Positions 1-12,429 of a stretch of 64,000 nt of DNA are shown one piece after another. The stretch comes from Malacoraja senta (lineage: Eukaryota), in NCBI GenBank assembly GCA_038087875.1, contig JAXLNO010000033.1, forward strand, positions 1 to 64,000. Reading direction: 5' to 3'. A program made the translations under genes and the position numbers. Numbering within the stretch: the stretch's first letter is position 1; each line of letters opens with the position of its first letter. The notes under the pieces are model-generated. The model did no database searches. It was not told the DNA's origin and was given only the letters and a program-made list of their open reading frames with translations.

Positions 1-489
1 TTGTGAATAATGAAGTAGATTTTAAAAAGTGTACAGAGAGATTTAGGTCATTTGGAAGAATGGGTTGAAACATGACAGATGGGTTTAATGTTGATAAGTG
101 TGAGATGATACATCTTGGCAGGACAAATCAAAATTGAATGTACATGGTAAATGATTGTGAATTGAGGAATGAAGTTGAACAGGCGGATCTAGGAATAACT
201 GTGCATGGTTCCCTGAAGGTGGAATTTCATGAAGATAGGATGGTAAAGAAAGATTTTGGTGTGTTGGCCTTTATAAATCAGAGCATTGTGTATAGAAGTT
301 GGGTTGTAATGTTAAATTGTACAAGGTATTGGTGAGGTCAATTGTGGAGTATGGTGTATAATTTTGGTAGGCATAATTATAGGAAAAGGTCAACAAAATA
401 GAGAGAGAGTACAGAGGAGATCAATTAGAATGTTGACTGGGTTTCAGCAACTAAGACACAGAGAAAGGTTGAACAAGTTAGGTCTTTAT
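1..489 (+). mobile_element. Degenerate CR1 LINE ORF2 3' fragment
   Basis: Decayed FNVDKCE..HLGR, DLGITVHGSLKV and LAFINQSI.YRSW motifs, homologous to the C-terminal part of the CR1 ORF2 at 49518-51944. Confidence 0.75.
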
Positions 490-499
490 TATTTAGGAA

Positions 500-888
500 C
501 GATAGAAGGGGTCCCAACAAATACAAGGGAATGATGTATTCCTAAGGAACTATTTACTGGCAGTATCTCGTTCTATTACAGAATTAAGAACCAAGGGGCT
601 GCTGGCACAGAGTCTCCATCTCGACTTCCAATCCATTCTGTGAAAGCGGGGGACTGGGATCTTGTAACATCATGGAAGGAAGAAAAGCTGCAACCTAAGT
701 GGACTGGACCCTACCTGGTGTTACTGACCACGGAGACAGCAGTACGAACAAAAGAAAAAGGGTGGACACACGCAAGCCGATTTAAGGGTCCTGTGGAGGC
801 CCCACCAAACAATATCAGCCCGTGGACTGTGCGCAAAGGAGAGGAACCATTGACTTTAATATTTAACAAGAACCCGCGGGAAAAATGA
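500..888 (+). pseudogene. pol: ERV pol integrase C-terminal (GPY/F-like) fragment
   Basis: ORF 640-888 contains PKWTGPYLVLLTTETAVRT...WTHASRFK; its TGA overlaps an ATG at 885. Confidence 0.85.
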
Positions 889-1008
889 AGATTTCGTGTT
901 GATGGGTCGTGTGTTGGGTGGTTACCCAACTATGTAAGCATACAGAGTGTTCAAATGCAGGAAAGTGGAAGGATGTGCAGATAGAACAGGGAGAATGAGC
1001 CTAAGGAT

Positions 1009-2169
1009 TTGAAGATAATGATAGTAGCAGGAGAAACAGAATTAAGGCAATTATATGAGGAGGGAATACCTACAGGAGGAAAGGGAGCCAACACCTGGCT
1101 TGCCTGGATGATGTACACGGCCAGGAGTATGCAACACACCAATTGCTACGCCTGTGCCGGAGCTAAGCCTCAGCTGGTTCCAGAACCATTTCCCTTGAAT
1201 TGGGATAGGACACCTGGGGCTATGCCATGTATACTACAGCTATTCACGAATCCCATCCTACCAAAGGATGCGACCTGCCAGAGTTATCATTACCTATTCC
1301 CGGCTAGCAACAACAATACAAAGGGCCGAAGGACAGACCCACGACCTCCTCCATTTAGAACTCCCCTTGGGGAGGAGGGATTTGAATGCTATACCAGATA
1401 TAACCCAGATGGACAGGAAGTGGGGAAGGTGCTGAACTGCAATCAGACGTATAACATAACGGCTGAGGAACAGGGGCCACTGTTCAAAAGCTCCTGGCTG
1501 AGAAAGCAGATAGTCAGTAGAGCCGATGTCTGGTGGTGGTGCGGGGAGAATACCCTGTGGCCCCGGTTACCAGGGTCATGGACGGGAACCTGTACCCTCA
1601 CACAACTGATGATGCCTTTCACCATAGCAGTAGAACATGCTGTAGAACTCAATGAAGGAAGCCGACGACAGAAGAGAGGGGTGAGAGGATCATTCAACAC
1701 ACACATATATATAGATGCGATAGGGGTGCCAAGAGGGGTACCCGATGAATTCAAAGCCAGAAACCAGATAGCTGCGGGCTTTGAGTCCATACTCTTCTGG
1801 TGGTCCACACTTAATAAAAATGTGGACTGGATCAACTACCTATACTACAATCAACAACGCTTTATAAATTACACTCGAGATGCGGTTGAAGGATTAGCGG
1901 AACAACTGACAGATACCAGCCTAATGGCGTGGCAAAATCGCATGGCCTTAGACATACTACTGGCTGAGAAGGGAGGGGTGTGTGTAATGTTTGGGGAACA
2001 ATGTTGCACCTTCATCCCCAACAACACTGCTCCTGATGGGTCAGTGTCGAGAGCCCTAGCAGGTCTCACCTCCCTGTCTATCGAATTTAAAACACAGTAT
2101 GACCAGCGAGAGGAAGATAAAGAGGCGAAGATTCTGCTGCTAGCATTAGAGAAGGGGCAGATAGTCTAA
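1009..2169 (+). CDS. env: Gamma-type retroviral envelope ORF (386 aa), lacking the TM anchor and an in-frame signal peptide
   Basis: CxxC (CYAC), furin site RRQKR, ISD-like WQNRMALDILLAEKGG and CX6CC (CVMFGEQCC); no hydrophobic segment after LTSLSIE. Confidence 0.88.
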   Translation: MKIMIVAGETELRQLYEEGIPTGGKGANTWLAWMMYTARSMQHTNCYACAGAKPQLVPEPFPLNWDRTPGAMPCILQLFTNPILPKDATCQSYHYLFPASNNNTKGRRTDPRPPPFRTPLGEEGFECYTRYNPDGQEVGKVLNCNQTYNITAEEQGPLFKSSWLRKQIVSRADVWWWCGENTLWPRLPGSWTGTCTLTQLMMPFTIAVEHAVELNEGSRRQKRGVRGSFNTHIYIDAIGVPRGVPDEFKARNQIAAGFESILFWWSTLNKNVDWINYLYYNQQRFINYTRDAVEGLAEQLTDTSLMAWQNRMALDILLAEKGGVCVMFGEQCCTFIPNNTAPDGSVSRALAGLTSLSIEFKTQYDQREEDKEAKILLLALEKGQIV

Positions 2170-2204
2170 ATCAAAGGTTGCGTAGCAAAAGAAAAAGTGT
2201 GGAT

Positions 2205-2736
2205 TGTGAGGAATGGGTTAATAGGTATAGTTGATTTAGACAAGAACCCATTGTCTAGTAGGGAGTATAGTAGGGAGTATAGAACGGAGAATAAGGGGAG
2301 TAAAGGACAAGTACAAATGGTGACTTTTCAAGGATGAGAACAGAGAAGATAGCAACAGCCCAGCATAGAACTAGGGTAAAGGTCAGAAGAAACACTCAGT
2401 GCGCATGGGCAATGAACTTACATGAATATGTACACACACCCACTATGACAAGATGTCTCATTTAAATGCACATGCGATGCATGATATGGGAGGTGTCTTT
2501 GACGTCGGGTGGACGTTCCAGGACGTTCTCGTGGGAATGTGGGCTTTATGTTATGATTGGAAGAAGCACAATGGGGAGGGATGAGGGTGTGACAATGATA
2601 CCCATTAAATGTATAAAGATGGAAGTCATCCCGATCCTCGGTGTGTCTTGACAGGGGAGACACCCAACTCTGCAGACTTGCTAATAAATAAACTTGTTTC
2701 TCTACATTCTCTACGCATCGTGAGTGTTCTTTCACA
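2205..2736 (+). repeat. ERV 3' LTR
   Basis: Begins TGTGA after the PPT-like aaaagaaaaagtgtggat and ends TCACA; TATA-like gtataaag at about 2610 and AATAAA at about 2683-2692. Confidence 0.8.
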
Positions 2737-3029
2737 ACTTGCGCCTGACAGTCTGATAAAGGGTCCTGCACACCTTTGGAAGGTGTAAGGAAACAAGTTC
2801 AATATCAAAGGGAAAAGGAGCAAACTCCATACAGACAGCACCCATATTCAGGATCGATTCCGGGTCTCTGGCACTTTTAGGCAGCAACTTTACGGCCAAT
2901 GTACTGCCCCATAGTCTTGAAGTGAATTAAAACATAGCTGTTAAGGGGGACGTAGTGTGACTTAGAGATTTAAGACTGAAAATAGATAGTTCATTTTTTT
3001 TAGTAACCAAAGTTATCAACGTTTAATTT

Positions 3030-3320
3030 TTTGCGTGTTGGAAATCAAGATATAGTGGCACAGCCAGAGAACTGTGTTTGATCCTGTCCTCGGGCACTGT
3101 CTGTGTTGAATTGGCACATTCTCCCTGCAAGCGTGTGTGTTTTCTCCCACATCCTAAAGACGCATTGGCTTTGTAGGTTAATTTGTCTCTGTAAAATTGC
3201 CCCGCATGTGTAGGGAGCGGGTGAGGAAAGTGGGATAACATAGAACTAGTGTGAATGGGTGATCGATGGTCAGCGTAAACTTGGTGGGCCGAAAGGCCTA
3301 TTTCCATGTTAAATATCTAG
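3030..3320 (+). mobile_element. Degenerate HE1-like tRNA-derived SINE
   Basis: Decayed B-box (gtttgatcc) and body ctcccacatcctaaagac...gtaggttaatt...gggccgaaaggcctatttcc, shared with the other SINE copies in the window. Confidence 0.7.
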
Positions 3321-3534
3321 TGGAATTATGCAAGAGACCAAAGTATGAAGATGTACTGGAAACCTAGAGGGCTGAAAGATTGGAGGAGGTGGCGTGAATG
3401 GCAAAATACATGTTTCTTTTTAATCTATTCTGACGACCACAGGTTAGGTGCATAAATCGCAAACAGTTTTGCTGGTTTTACATTTCATTCTGGCAGTGAA
3501 CGCCACATGCAAAATGATTTAAAAAAAACATAAT

Positions 3535-3704
3535 TCCCCCCCATCCCCATCCCCATCCCCATCCCCATCACCCAGTTCCTTTCCCCTCCTCCATCCACTC
3601 ATCCCACACTTCCCAATTCCAAGTCACCCATTTTTATCCCCAAATCCATGCTCATGCTCATGCTCATGCTCATGCTCATGCTCATGCTCATGCTCATGCT
3701 CATG
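3535..3704. repeat. Simple repeats (CCATCC)n and (CATGCT)n
   Basis: Directly visible hexamer arrays at about 3540-3570 and 3647-3704. Confidence 0.9.
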
Positions 3705-3799
3705 CCACCCCTGGTTCTACACTTTATGCGCCATTTGCACCATTTTGTTTTCTGTATTTATAACCAAAGATACTAGAGGATAATCTTTGTTTATAATCT

Positions 3800-4130
3800 C
3801 CAACTCCCGCCTCCGTCATTAATGCGGCCACCACGTGACACCACGCCATCTTGTCGATGCGGCCATGACGATGGTCGAGGATGGAGAAGGTGAAGGAGGT
3901 TTGGGTTTTTGCTCCACGTCCGTGTCCGTGTCCATGTCCGTGCCGTCCGCCCCCTCCCTCCCGCTGCAGCCCCACCCCGGGCGCTCCCTCCCTCCCTCCC
4001 TCCCTCCCTATTTCCCTCCCCTCCTATTTCCCTCCCCTGGGCCTCCAGGGTCCCGGGCGCTCACTGGGCTGTGTTATGTGAAACGGTTCTGGACGAGTTC
4101 AAAAAGGTTTTAATCTAGAACTCGTCGAGC
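3800..4130 (+). promoter_or_regulatory. Candidate CpG-rich promoter / first exon
   Basis: GC box cccgcctcc, E-box CACGTG (3832-3837), YY1-like CGCCATCTTG (3844-3853), CpG-rich; not recognised as a repeat. Confidence 0.4.
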
Positions 4131-4139
4131 ATTGATCAT

Positions 4140-4380
4140 GAAGAGCGAGGGGAGTGGAGGGGCGGCGCGGTGTCGCAGCGGTAGAGTTGCTGCCTGAGTG
4201 ACAGCGCCACAGATGCGGGTTCGATCCTGACTACAGGTGTTGGCTGCACGGCGTTGGCTCCTTCGTTCCTTCTCCCCATGGCCTCGGTGGGTTTTCTCCG
4301 GGTTCTCCAGTTTACTCCCACACCCCAAAGTCGTCAGGAGCAGAATTCCGCGAATCATGGAGGATTAGTGTACACATCTC
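4140..4380 (+). mobile_element. HE1-like tRNA-derived SINE
   Basis: ggcgcggtgtcgcagcggtagagttgctgcct (A box) and gggttcgatcctgactac (B box). Confidence 0.8.
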
Positions 4381-4493
4381 TTTGCCGTGTACAAAAGATG
4401 GTGGTAATAGTGAGGTGAGACTTCCACTGCTGAATCACTACTATCGCTGAATTAAAATATGTACTCATTCTAGATTATTTCATCCTCCTGCAG

Positions 4494-5514
4494 TCTCTAC
4501 AGTAATATCAATTGGCTAATTGTGCTGCGGATTCCTGCCGCTCCTATGGTTGTACAACTCCTGATCGAAGAGGAGGATTTACCAGGAGCCCTGCTGAGGT
4601 TATGTTGCACAGGTAGGTTCAGAGGTGCCATGTGATTATGCATCCTATATACATTGCACAATTGGAAATCTGGTTATGTACGGTTTTAAATTAATTTGCA
4701 CGAGTTGTCTATGGAAATGAATCAGATAGTCGACACACTTTTGCCAACGTCACTGATTTGTATTTTGCCAAATCATCCTCAAAGTTGCTGATGTTAAGCT
4801 AAAGTTGACTGACTAAAAGAAAGGAATAGAACAAAGAACATGGCCCTTTGGCCCACATTGTGCCGAACATGATGCCAAGATAAACTAATCCTCTCTGCCT
4901 GCACATGATCCATTCCCTGCATATCCATGTGCCAATAAAAGGATATAGAAGAATAACATAGAACTGGCAAAAAAACGAATACATAACTAATTGTCGAGTT
5001 CAGCATCTTAAATAGTTTTACTAACTCCCCTAACCAGCAGGGAGTGAATCAAAGTACTGCATTTCAGTTGTCTTGCCTTTGATGCTTGCTGCTGCACCAT
5101 GTGATAATTAAAGTTCACTTGGTGCAGCCGCAAGACTCTCAATTTCACTGCCTACTAAGTTGGGCAGCAGTTTTGAGTGACACTAAATATCTAGTCTTGG
5201 ATTCATTCCATAGGGTCCTTGAATGAAATTCAACTGTTGCAGCCCTACTTCGACGCACATTGTTTGTAAAATCTTCACCCTCTCCTCTGGTTATCTCCTC
5301 TTTACACTCTCAGTCCTGGTGCAGGATCTCGACCTGAGGCTTCCACAGTACTTGGAAGTACCCCTGAGTTTCTCCAGTAATGTGTTTGTTGCCATATAAA
5401 AATGCTGTTGTTTATGATACCAGAAATTCTTTTCTCTCGACAGTCAAGTATGGACAGATTGCCTCTTTGAAGGACATTGGCAGGAAATTCGACAGTAGTG
5501 CCCAGATGTCCGAG
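4494..5514 (+). other. Two candidate spliced exons (4494-4611, 5444-5514) of an unidentified transcript
   Basis: Acceptors tcctcctgcag| and ttttctctcgacag|, donors cag|gtaggt and gag|gtaaaa; one frame is open across both exons; product not recognised. Confidence 0.3.
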
Positions 5515-6221
5515 GTAAAATAGGGGAAGGCTTATTATTAGAATTAGCTTTTATTTCAATGTATTACAGGAATACAATTTACCGTGCTGTTGTGTTGGTT
5601 ACTGCACTGGAGCTATCACTTCACATTCACTTTGCCCCTCATCATTTAACCTCCCCACCACCTTTCAAATGAAAAAAAACCATTATGGATATTCCCAAAA
5701 CAATAGGAGAGATTGGACAGCAGATGGTGCAAGGTCATTGATAATGAATGGGATGTTGCTCATTTAGTGGATATTACAGACTGTTTGAAAGTCTTTGCTT
5801 GTTTTGGTCATTGTTCTATTTCTTATTAATCATTTTTAACAGAAATTTTCAATGACCAACTTTTAATATTCATAGATTTGGAGACAAATGGATTCATTTG
5901 GCAATAATTTGTCAATCTTATCCTTTCCATTACAAAGCTAAGTGGAAAAGCATATTATGTCTATTCTGTTAACCAAAAACTTTCCCTCAATGTTTTAGTC
6001 TTTTCCTGATGAGTATAATTTCACATTTTCTACCAATACTTAATCATTTTTACAACTTTTCTTGTGTATCCATATTTTTTTTAAACACAACCCTGTGTTT
6101 TGAAACTTTGGGTTTGTCCCTCTATAAATATGCTTGGTTTGCTTTTGCTTGAACCTTTTAATCTACCATGATTTTTTGTATATTTGTCCCTCCAAATTAT
6201 TTTTTTCCCTTTAGATTCTTA

Positions 6222-6825
6222 AGGCTCTGTCTTACCTGTTTGCGGTCATCGGCGGTGAAGCGCGGCGTCGCCGGTAGCGGGGACCGTGCGGCAACGGCGA
6301 GAGCGCCGAGCCTATCCACTGGAGCACCGCACGGATGCTGCGCGGGGGCCGAGTAATTCAAACACGGCGGGTCCCACGTGCTTGCGGTAAGTAAAAAAAA
6401 GGGCGGGCCGACTGCGATGACGTCGGCCCGCCGCACGTGACTCACGAGCGGCGGCTGTGGCGGCGGCCATCCTGATCGCGGCGCTGTAGCGGTGGCTGTG
6501 CCTGCGGCCGTGCCGCACACGTGCCTCACTGGCGGAGGCACGTGCCTCACTGGCGGAGGCTGTGGCAGTGGAGGTTTGACGCACGGCGCTCGAGCCACAC
6601 TGGCGGCGGCCCGTGCGGGCGGCTGTGCCGCACTCGTGCATCACTGGTGGAGGTTGTGCGGTGAGTATATAGTTTTCGACATTGTCGGTTTTATTTTAGC
6701 ACCGTGTGGTGTTGGGAACACCGCCGCACAGCCCCGGAATTGTACGTTCTCACAAGTGCGCGGTCTATGGCGGCAGATTCTTCCCGTTTCGCCGCGAATG
6801 ACCGCAGACTCGTGAGACAGGCCTT
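6222..6825. mobile_element. GC-rich non-autonomous DNA element (PIF/Harbinger-like MITE)
   Basis: Imperfect TIRs aggctctgtcttac...gtgagacaggcct, inner IR tgcggtcat/atgaccgca, TTA-like flanks; internal 21-bp tandem duplication. Confidence 0.65.
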
Positions 6826-7194
6826 TTAGACACCTAACCTAGAATTTTGCCACATCAGGAAAACAGGTGTTAAAGCTGAAAATTGTATTAATGTGACATG
6901 TAATTTTGCCCACATTTTTGGCACATCAACATCTATCATTAATCGCGTATGATTATTCTAATGCGTGATTTGTTAACCTAACATCTAGCTCAGCAAAATA
7001 ATGGCAATGCCCAAATTCATCTCCAGGGAGATTTTCAATAACGTTGGTCTAATTAACGACTGCCATTGATCACGGAGAAGAACCAGCTTTTATTAATCAA
7101 GCTGAAACTGAATGTCTTTATACAGCAAATCTGTGTTCTTGTAGTCTGATTGTTGCATGCTATCTTACACTCTTAGAACCAGCTGCACGCATGT

Positions 7195-8600
7195 TTATAG
7201 AACAATACAGCACAAGAACAGACCCTTTGGGCCACAATGTCTGTGTCAAACATGATGCCAAGACCATCTCTTGCTCACCTGTGTACTTAATCCATATCCC
7301 TCCATTCCTAGCGCATTCATGTGCCTATCTAAAAGCCTCTTAAATGCCACTATAATATCTGTGTCAATCCCTAACCTTGGCAGCGCATTCTAGGCACCAG
7401 GCATGTGCCGTGAGTAATTACTCGGGATAGGCAGTCAGCCGGCTTAAAAAAAAATCTTAAACCGTGCATGCGCAGATTGTTCTCTCCGTAAAAAATAAAA
7501 AATAAGTAACAAAAACAATTCGGACGGAGAGCACTGCCAGAGGTGAGCGGGGACCAGCAGAAGGGGCTGAAGTGGCAGCCGGTTCTGCTGTCGGGTCCCG
7601 GCGGCCGCTCGCAGTCACCCGAGCTGCTTCCTTCCTCGGAAGTGGCGGCCAGTTCTGCTGTCCGAGCCCGGCAGCCACCCGAGCCAATTCACTCCCCGGC
7701 CGCCATAAAACCATATAAAACCATATAGCAATTACAGCACGGAAACAGGCCATCTCGGCCCTTCTAGTCCATGCCGAAAACTTACTCTCACCTAGTCCCA
7801 CCTGCACTATCACCTGCACTCAGCGTGGCAAGTGGGTTATTGACCCCAATCCCCTCCTTCACAACGCCAGACTCCCCAAACACTGTGAAAGGAGCTCTCC
7901 CCCCACCCCTGGAAATACAGTATTTAAAAACATAAAGCACCAAAATATGTACTTACCACGTTATTGGTACATTAAGTCCATTCTTCACTCTTTGTTTCCT
8001 AAGATACTATTAAAATAATGGCAATCCATATTTGAACATGCAGCCAAGAAACTCACTCTTCAGCAAAGGCAGAATTTGTGCTGCCTTTAGCTCCCCTTGA
8101 AACTGACGGCTTCAGGCAGCGTTGAAGGCACGTGGGCTGCACAGACCTTCCCGTGTTACAAGTGCTGCGGATGAAAGGCACGGAGAATTATGCTTACCTA
8201 ATAGATCGATCTCTTAGATAGGCATAATTCTCCCATGCCTTTACTATTTATATTTAATAATTGCCATTTCATAATTTTAGTCGGGGAAGGCAGTGCCTAC
8301 CTTGCCTACCCTGACGGCACGTGCCTGCTAGGCACTCAACACCCTCTGTGTAAAAAAATAAATAAATTATCCTCCACATCTCATTCGAACTTTGCTACCC
8401 GCACCTTAAAGCTATGCCCTCTTGTATTAGATTTTTCCATCCTGCAGATTAAAAAAATTCTGACTCTCTCCAATCTATGCCTCTCATTTTATATACTTCT
8501 ATCAGGTCTCGGTGAAACCTCTGTCGTTCGAGAGAAAACAATCTTGAGTCTGACTAACCTCTCCCTGTAGCTAATACCCCCTAACCCAGACAAACCTAAC
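7195..8600 (-). mobile_element. CR1-type 3' tail fragment interrupted by a hAT MITE
   Basis: atagaacaatacagcac...ccatatccctccattcc continues after 8335 as the usual CR1 3' region. Confidence 0.6.
7398..8327. mobile_element. Non-autonomous hAT element (MITE), copy A
   Basis: TIRs caggcatgtgccgt/acggcacgtgcctg; perfect 8-bp TSD ctaggcac at 7390-7397 and 8328-8335. Confidence 0.92.
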
Positions 8601-9289
8601 AATTCCAGACATTTGCAATAAAAAATATCTCATAGTGCCTCTGGATCTTACACTCCTAATCATAGTTGTCAAGAAGTTTTTCCTCAAGACAACGTAGTTT
8701 AGTATTTATTTCTGGAGAGGCGGAATTAAAATGTCAAAGTTACTGAGTTCTGATTCTGCTTCATATGTGGAAAGACGTATGACTACATGGAAGCATTGGA
8801 GAGGATACAAACATGATCAACAGGTGTGGTACCAAAATTGGGAATTACTACTCATCTTTTGAACAATTAGTTAATTTGACTGGGAATAACAGGAACTTAA
8901 CAAGATACTAGGGTTCTCCATTTCACCCACTACCAACCCTTACGGACAACCATGGCTTATTCTAGACCAAACCATATGTCACTTTAACCACTTATTTGCT
9001 GTGGAGATCCAGGAGAGGGCTGAGGCCCTCATTCAGGTTCCCAGTGTAGTAGTGGAGAGGACAGCGACTCATGCTAAGTTCCTGACACAGAAGTGTCATC
9101 ACTAACATATCTAAACAATAAAGCAATGATGATCTATTTTAGCATAATTCCACTCCATTATTTCATTCCTGGAAACATCCTGAGCAGTAAACAAGATGCT
9201 GCGTAGCATCAATCCTTTTACTTAGATCCTTTCACTTTGTTTGATTTTGTGTGGCACATTAATGACGGCCTTCGATACATCTCTGATGT

Positions 9290-9690
9290 ATGTTTTGCAG
9301 GTTAAGAGTAGCGTAGACGAGGCGGCCATTTCACCAAACATTTTCCCTTGGTTCACCAAGGCCTGCTGGATTCCACCATTTGCTAACCACTTGAACTCCC
9401 CTTCCCATTCCCACACTGACCTTTTCAGTCCTGGGCCACCTCCATTGCCTGAATGAAGCCAAATGCAAAGTGGAGTAACAACACCTGATATTCCGGTTAG
9501 GGTAGCTTCAATGGTATGAATATTGCATTCTCCAATTTTAAGTAACATCGCCCTTCCACTCTCCTGTTTCGTGTGTGTGTCTGTTCCCCTAACCACCACT
9601 CCCCCCCCCCCCCCGTTACCCTCACCCCCCCCCACCACCTGATGCACTAATTTCTCCCACCATGCCCCTCTTCTTTAACCCACTCTATCC
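9290..9690 (+). mobile_element. Penelope-like element GIY-YIG/3' fragment
   Basis: Decayed ANHLNSPSHSHTD...EQHLIF.LG..GMNI.FSNFK, matching the 29655-29960 copy. Confidence 0.7.
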
Positions 9691-9696
9691 TATCTA

Positions 9697-10200
9697 TATA
9701 GAAACATTGAAAATAGGTGCAGGAGTGGGCCATTCTGCCCTTGCAGCCAGAACAGCCATTCAATATCATGATGGCTGATCATCCAGAATCATAACCTTGT
9801 TCCTGCTTTCTCCCCATATCCCTTGATTCCGTTAGCCCTAAGTGGTATATCTAACTCTCTTGAATACATCCGTTGAATTGGCCTCCACTGCCATCTGTGG
9901 CTGAGAATTCCGCAGATTCACAACTCTCTGGGTGAAAAAGTTTTTCCTCATCTCAGTCCTAGATGGCCTACCCCTTATTCTTAAACTGTGATCCATGTTT
10001 CTGGACTCACCCAACATGGGGAATATTTTTCCTGCATCTAGCATGTCCAATCCCTTAAACATGTTATGTTTCTATAAGATCCTCTTATCATTCTAAATTC
10101 CAGTAAATATAAGCCCATTCTAAATTCCAGTGAAGAAAAGCCCAGTCTAAATTCCAGTGAAGAAAAGGCCAGTCTAAATTCCAGTGAATATAAGCCCATT
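9697..10200 (-). mobile_element. CR1 3' fragment ending in a 27-bp x4 tandem array
   Basis: GLDMLDAGKIFPMLGESR..HSLRIRGR; tctaaattccagt recurs every 27 bp at 10092-10198. Confidence 0.8.
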
Positions 10201-11099
10201 ATCTCCCTTCTTCTGCTTTGCATTTTACTTCTCTTCTTTCATTATCTCACAGCCTTGTCTCTTTTTTATCTCCAGCGTTTGTCTGCTCATCTGCCAATAA
10301 AACCCCCTCACCTGTGTCCACCTATAACTTGCTAGGCATTATCCCCCTCCCACCTCTTTTTCAGCTTCCTCGCTTTCCCTATTACAACCAAAACATCACC
10401 TATTCATTCCCTCCAGTGATGCAACCTGACCTGCTGAGTTATACCAGCACTGTATGTTTTATCTTTGGTGTGCTAGTTGTAAATGTGCGCTGGATCTGCT
10501 AAATGATTTAGTTTTTATGTACCCTGCCACAGTCCACAGTCTGGTATTTCCCTAATGCTGATGCCAGCCTAACTGATCTGCAGTTCCTCATTTTCTATCT
10601 CCCTCTCTCCTGAAATAGTGAGGCGCCATTTGCTCTCTTCCAATTTGTGTGAACCATTCTGCAACCTACGGAATTTTGAAAGACGATGAACAATGCGCCT
10701 GCCTGAAAGGCTATGGATCAAGTTCTGGAATTTGGACAGCTATTTTCCAGCCGGCATGGACATCATCATCTATGTCATCAACTCTACGATTCCTTGAAAC
10801 TGTCAAGACGTTTGATTCACACAACACAGTGGAAACCTGGAGCACTCGCACCAAAAGGCTTTTTGGATGCTGTGGGTCAGTTGGTACTTTCACTGCCATG
10901 TTAGATAATAATTTTGGTGGGAGGGTTAATGAGGGATTTGGAGCAAATGTGCATAAATTATCTGAGCACAGGCCTTCACTGACTAACAAATGGATTCCAT
11001 TTGTACAGATGTTGATTTTTGTATATGTCAGAAAATAGGCAAAAATGACTCCATGGTAACCATTCTACTACATTTTGTAATGAATGGCATTAAAAAACA

Positions 11100-11268
11100 C
11101 ATAATGCTGACAAGAAGGAACAATTGTTAAAAGAGACAAAACCAGTTCTGACGTTCCTAGAAATGAATGTTTGAATGTACATAGGAATTTTGAATTTAGT
11201 ATTGGAGCTTTTCTGCATGTATGGGTTTCTCGTAAGTGGGGCATTTGTTACTCTGGGACGGCCTGTGT
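11100..11268 (-). mobile_element. Tigger/pogo-like MITE terminal fragment
   Basis: Minus strand reads caggccgtcccagagtaacaaatgccccacttacga, resembling a Tigger-type TIR. Confidence 0.4.
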
Positions 11269-12429
11269 ACTGCTCGGTCATGGTCTAATTGAATGTTAAG
11301 AAAAATATTGGAGGAACTGAATTATGCTTTTATCTTTGAAGAGGAATGTTGTGCAGATCATCTAATTGAGGTATAGAAAAGTATTTATGGCACGTGGAAT
11401 ATAATTTCATATTCAGGAGGGAGGGACGGAATGCTGAGGCACAACACATTTGCCATATGCTTGTTTAGTTTCTGTAATGAAGAATGATTTGTAATCTGGC
11501 AAGCAAAGTCATTAATGGATTGTCTTGCGATTCTCAGGCATACTTGACATGGCTATTTCACAATGCCTGGCTATTTCACATAATAGATCAAAAGTATTGC
11601 CTTTGATTCTTTTTCACTAAATCAGTATCCCTTGGTTGGAAACCTTTATGCCTTTGGCAAAAACCGTATGCACCTGACTGATCTATGAACACTCCTTTTA
11701 ATCTTCTCTAACCTTTCCCACTTTCTTTGGATTTTTCATGTAAGTGAATCCTTTCATCTTGATACCATTCTTGCTGTTTAATGCAGTCGAGCAGACTTGT
11801 GTAGAAGAGATTTGTTAAAACGTAGCATATCTTCCTTTTATATTTTGCTTCTCTGTTCCAAAGGTTCGGTGTTCCTTTTTTAAATTGACTACTCAACCAA
11901 CTTGTTCTGCAATTGTTAAACATTGCCTTTGTACATCTGCAGCGGTCTCTGTCCCAACATCCCCCATAAAATTGTACCATTTAGTTTACATGGATTTCTA
12001 GAGGTGAGAGCTGGGTTACTGTTCCTTCTCCTTTGCTAAGGTAGCACACCGTGCAGTGTAGCATTGATTCCACTGATGAGGTGATGTGGAATGCTTGGTT
12101 TTAGGTACTGGTCATTCCAACCAATGACAGGACTCAGACACAAGTCATAAACAACTCTAGACTGTCATTAGAACATTGGACATTAAACACTACTATAGAA
12201 TTGCATGCAAACATGGGTGACAAACTGCATTAATATTTCCCATGATTACAAGCATCTGATAACACCATGAAATACTCCTGCCAGAAGTATGCAAAACACT
12301 TTTGCTTTAATTAATCTAATAATCCCATTACAAATTGCCTTACTTGCAAAGCCTAGATGTTTTTGTGTCACCGTCAGAGTGGTAAATGTGACTTGTATCC
12401 TTCCTGAGTAATCGATTTAAAATGCATTT

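Larger units (their letters stand above)
490..2736 (+). mobile_element. 5'-truncated endogenous retrovirus (gamma/epsilon-like): IN C-terminus, env, PPT, 3' LTR
   Basis: IN tail LQPKWTGPYLVLLTTETAV...GWTHASR, followed by an env ORF, a purine tract at about 2187-2204 and a TG...CA LTR. Confidence 0.92.

Noticed and set aside
3647..3704. Regular repeat array
   Set aside because: Spacerless hexamer microsatellite; not CRISPR or coding.
4140..4235. tRNA-like A/B boxes (also 14962 and 36077)
   Set aside because: SINE heads with shared non-tRNA bodies, not tRNA genes.
10649..11038. Overlapping ORFs on both strands, with a vague ARF-like YF...DIIIYVI stretch in another frame
   Set aside because: That frame has stops and no P-loop; no product can be supported.
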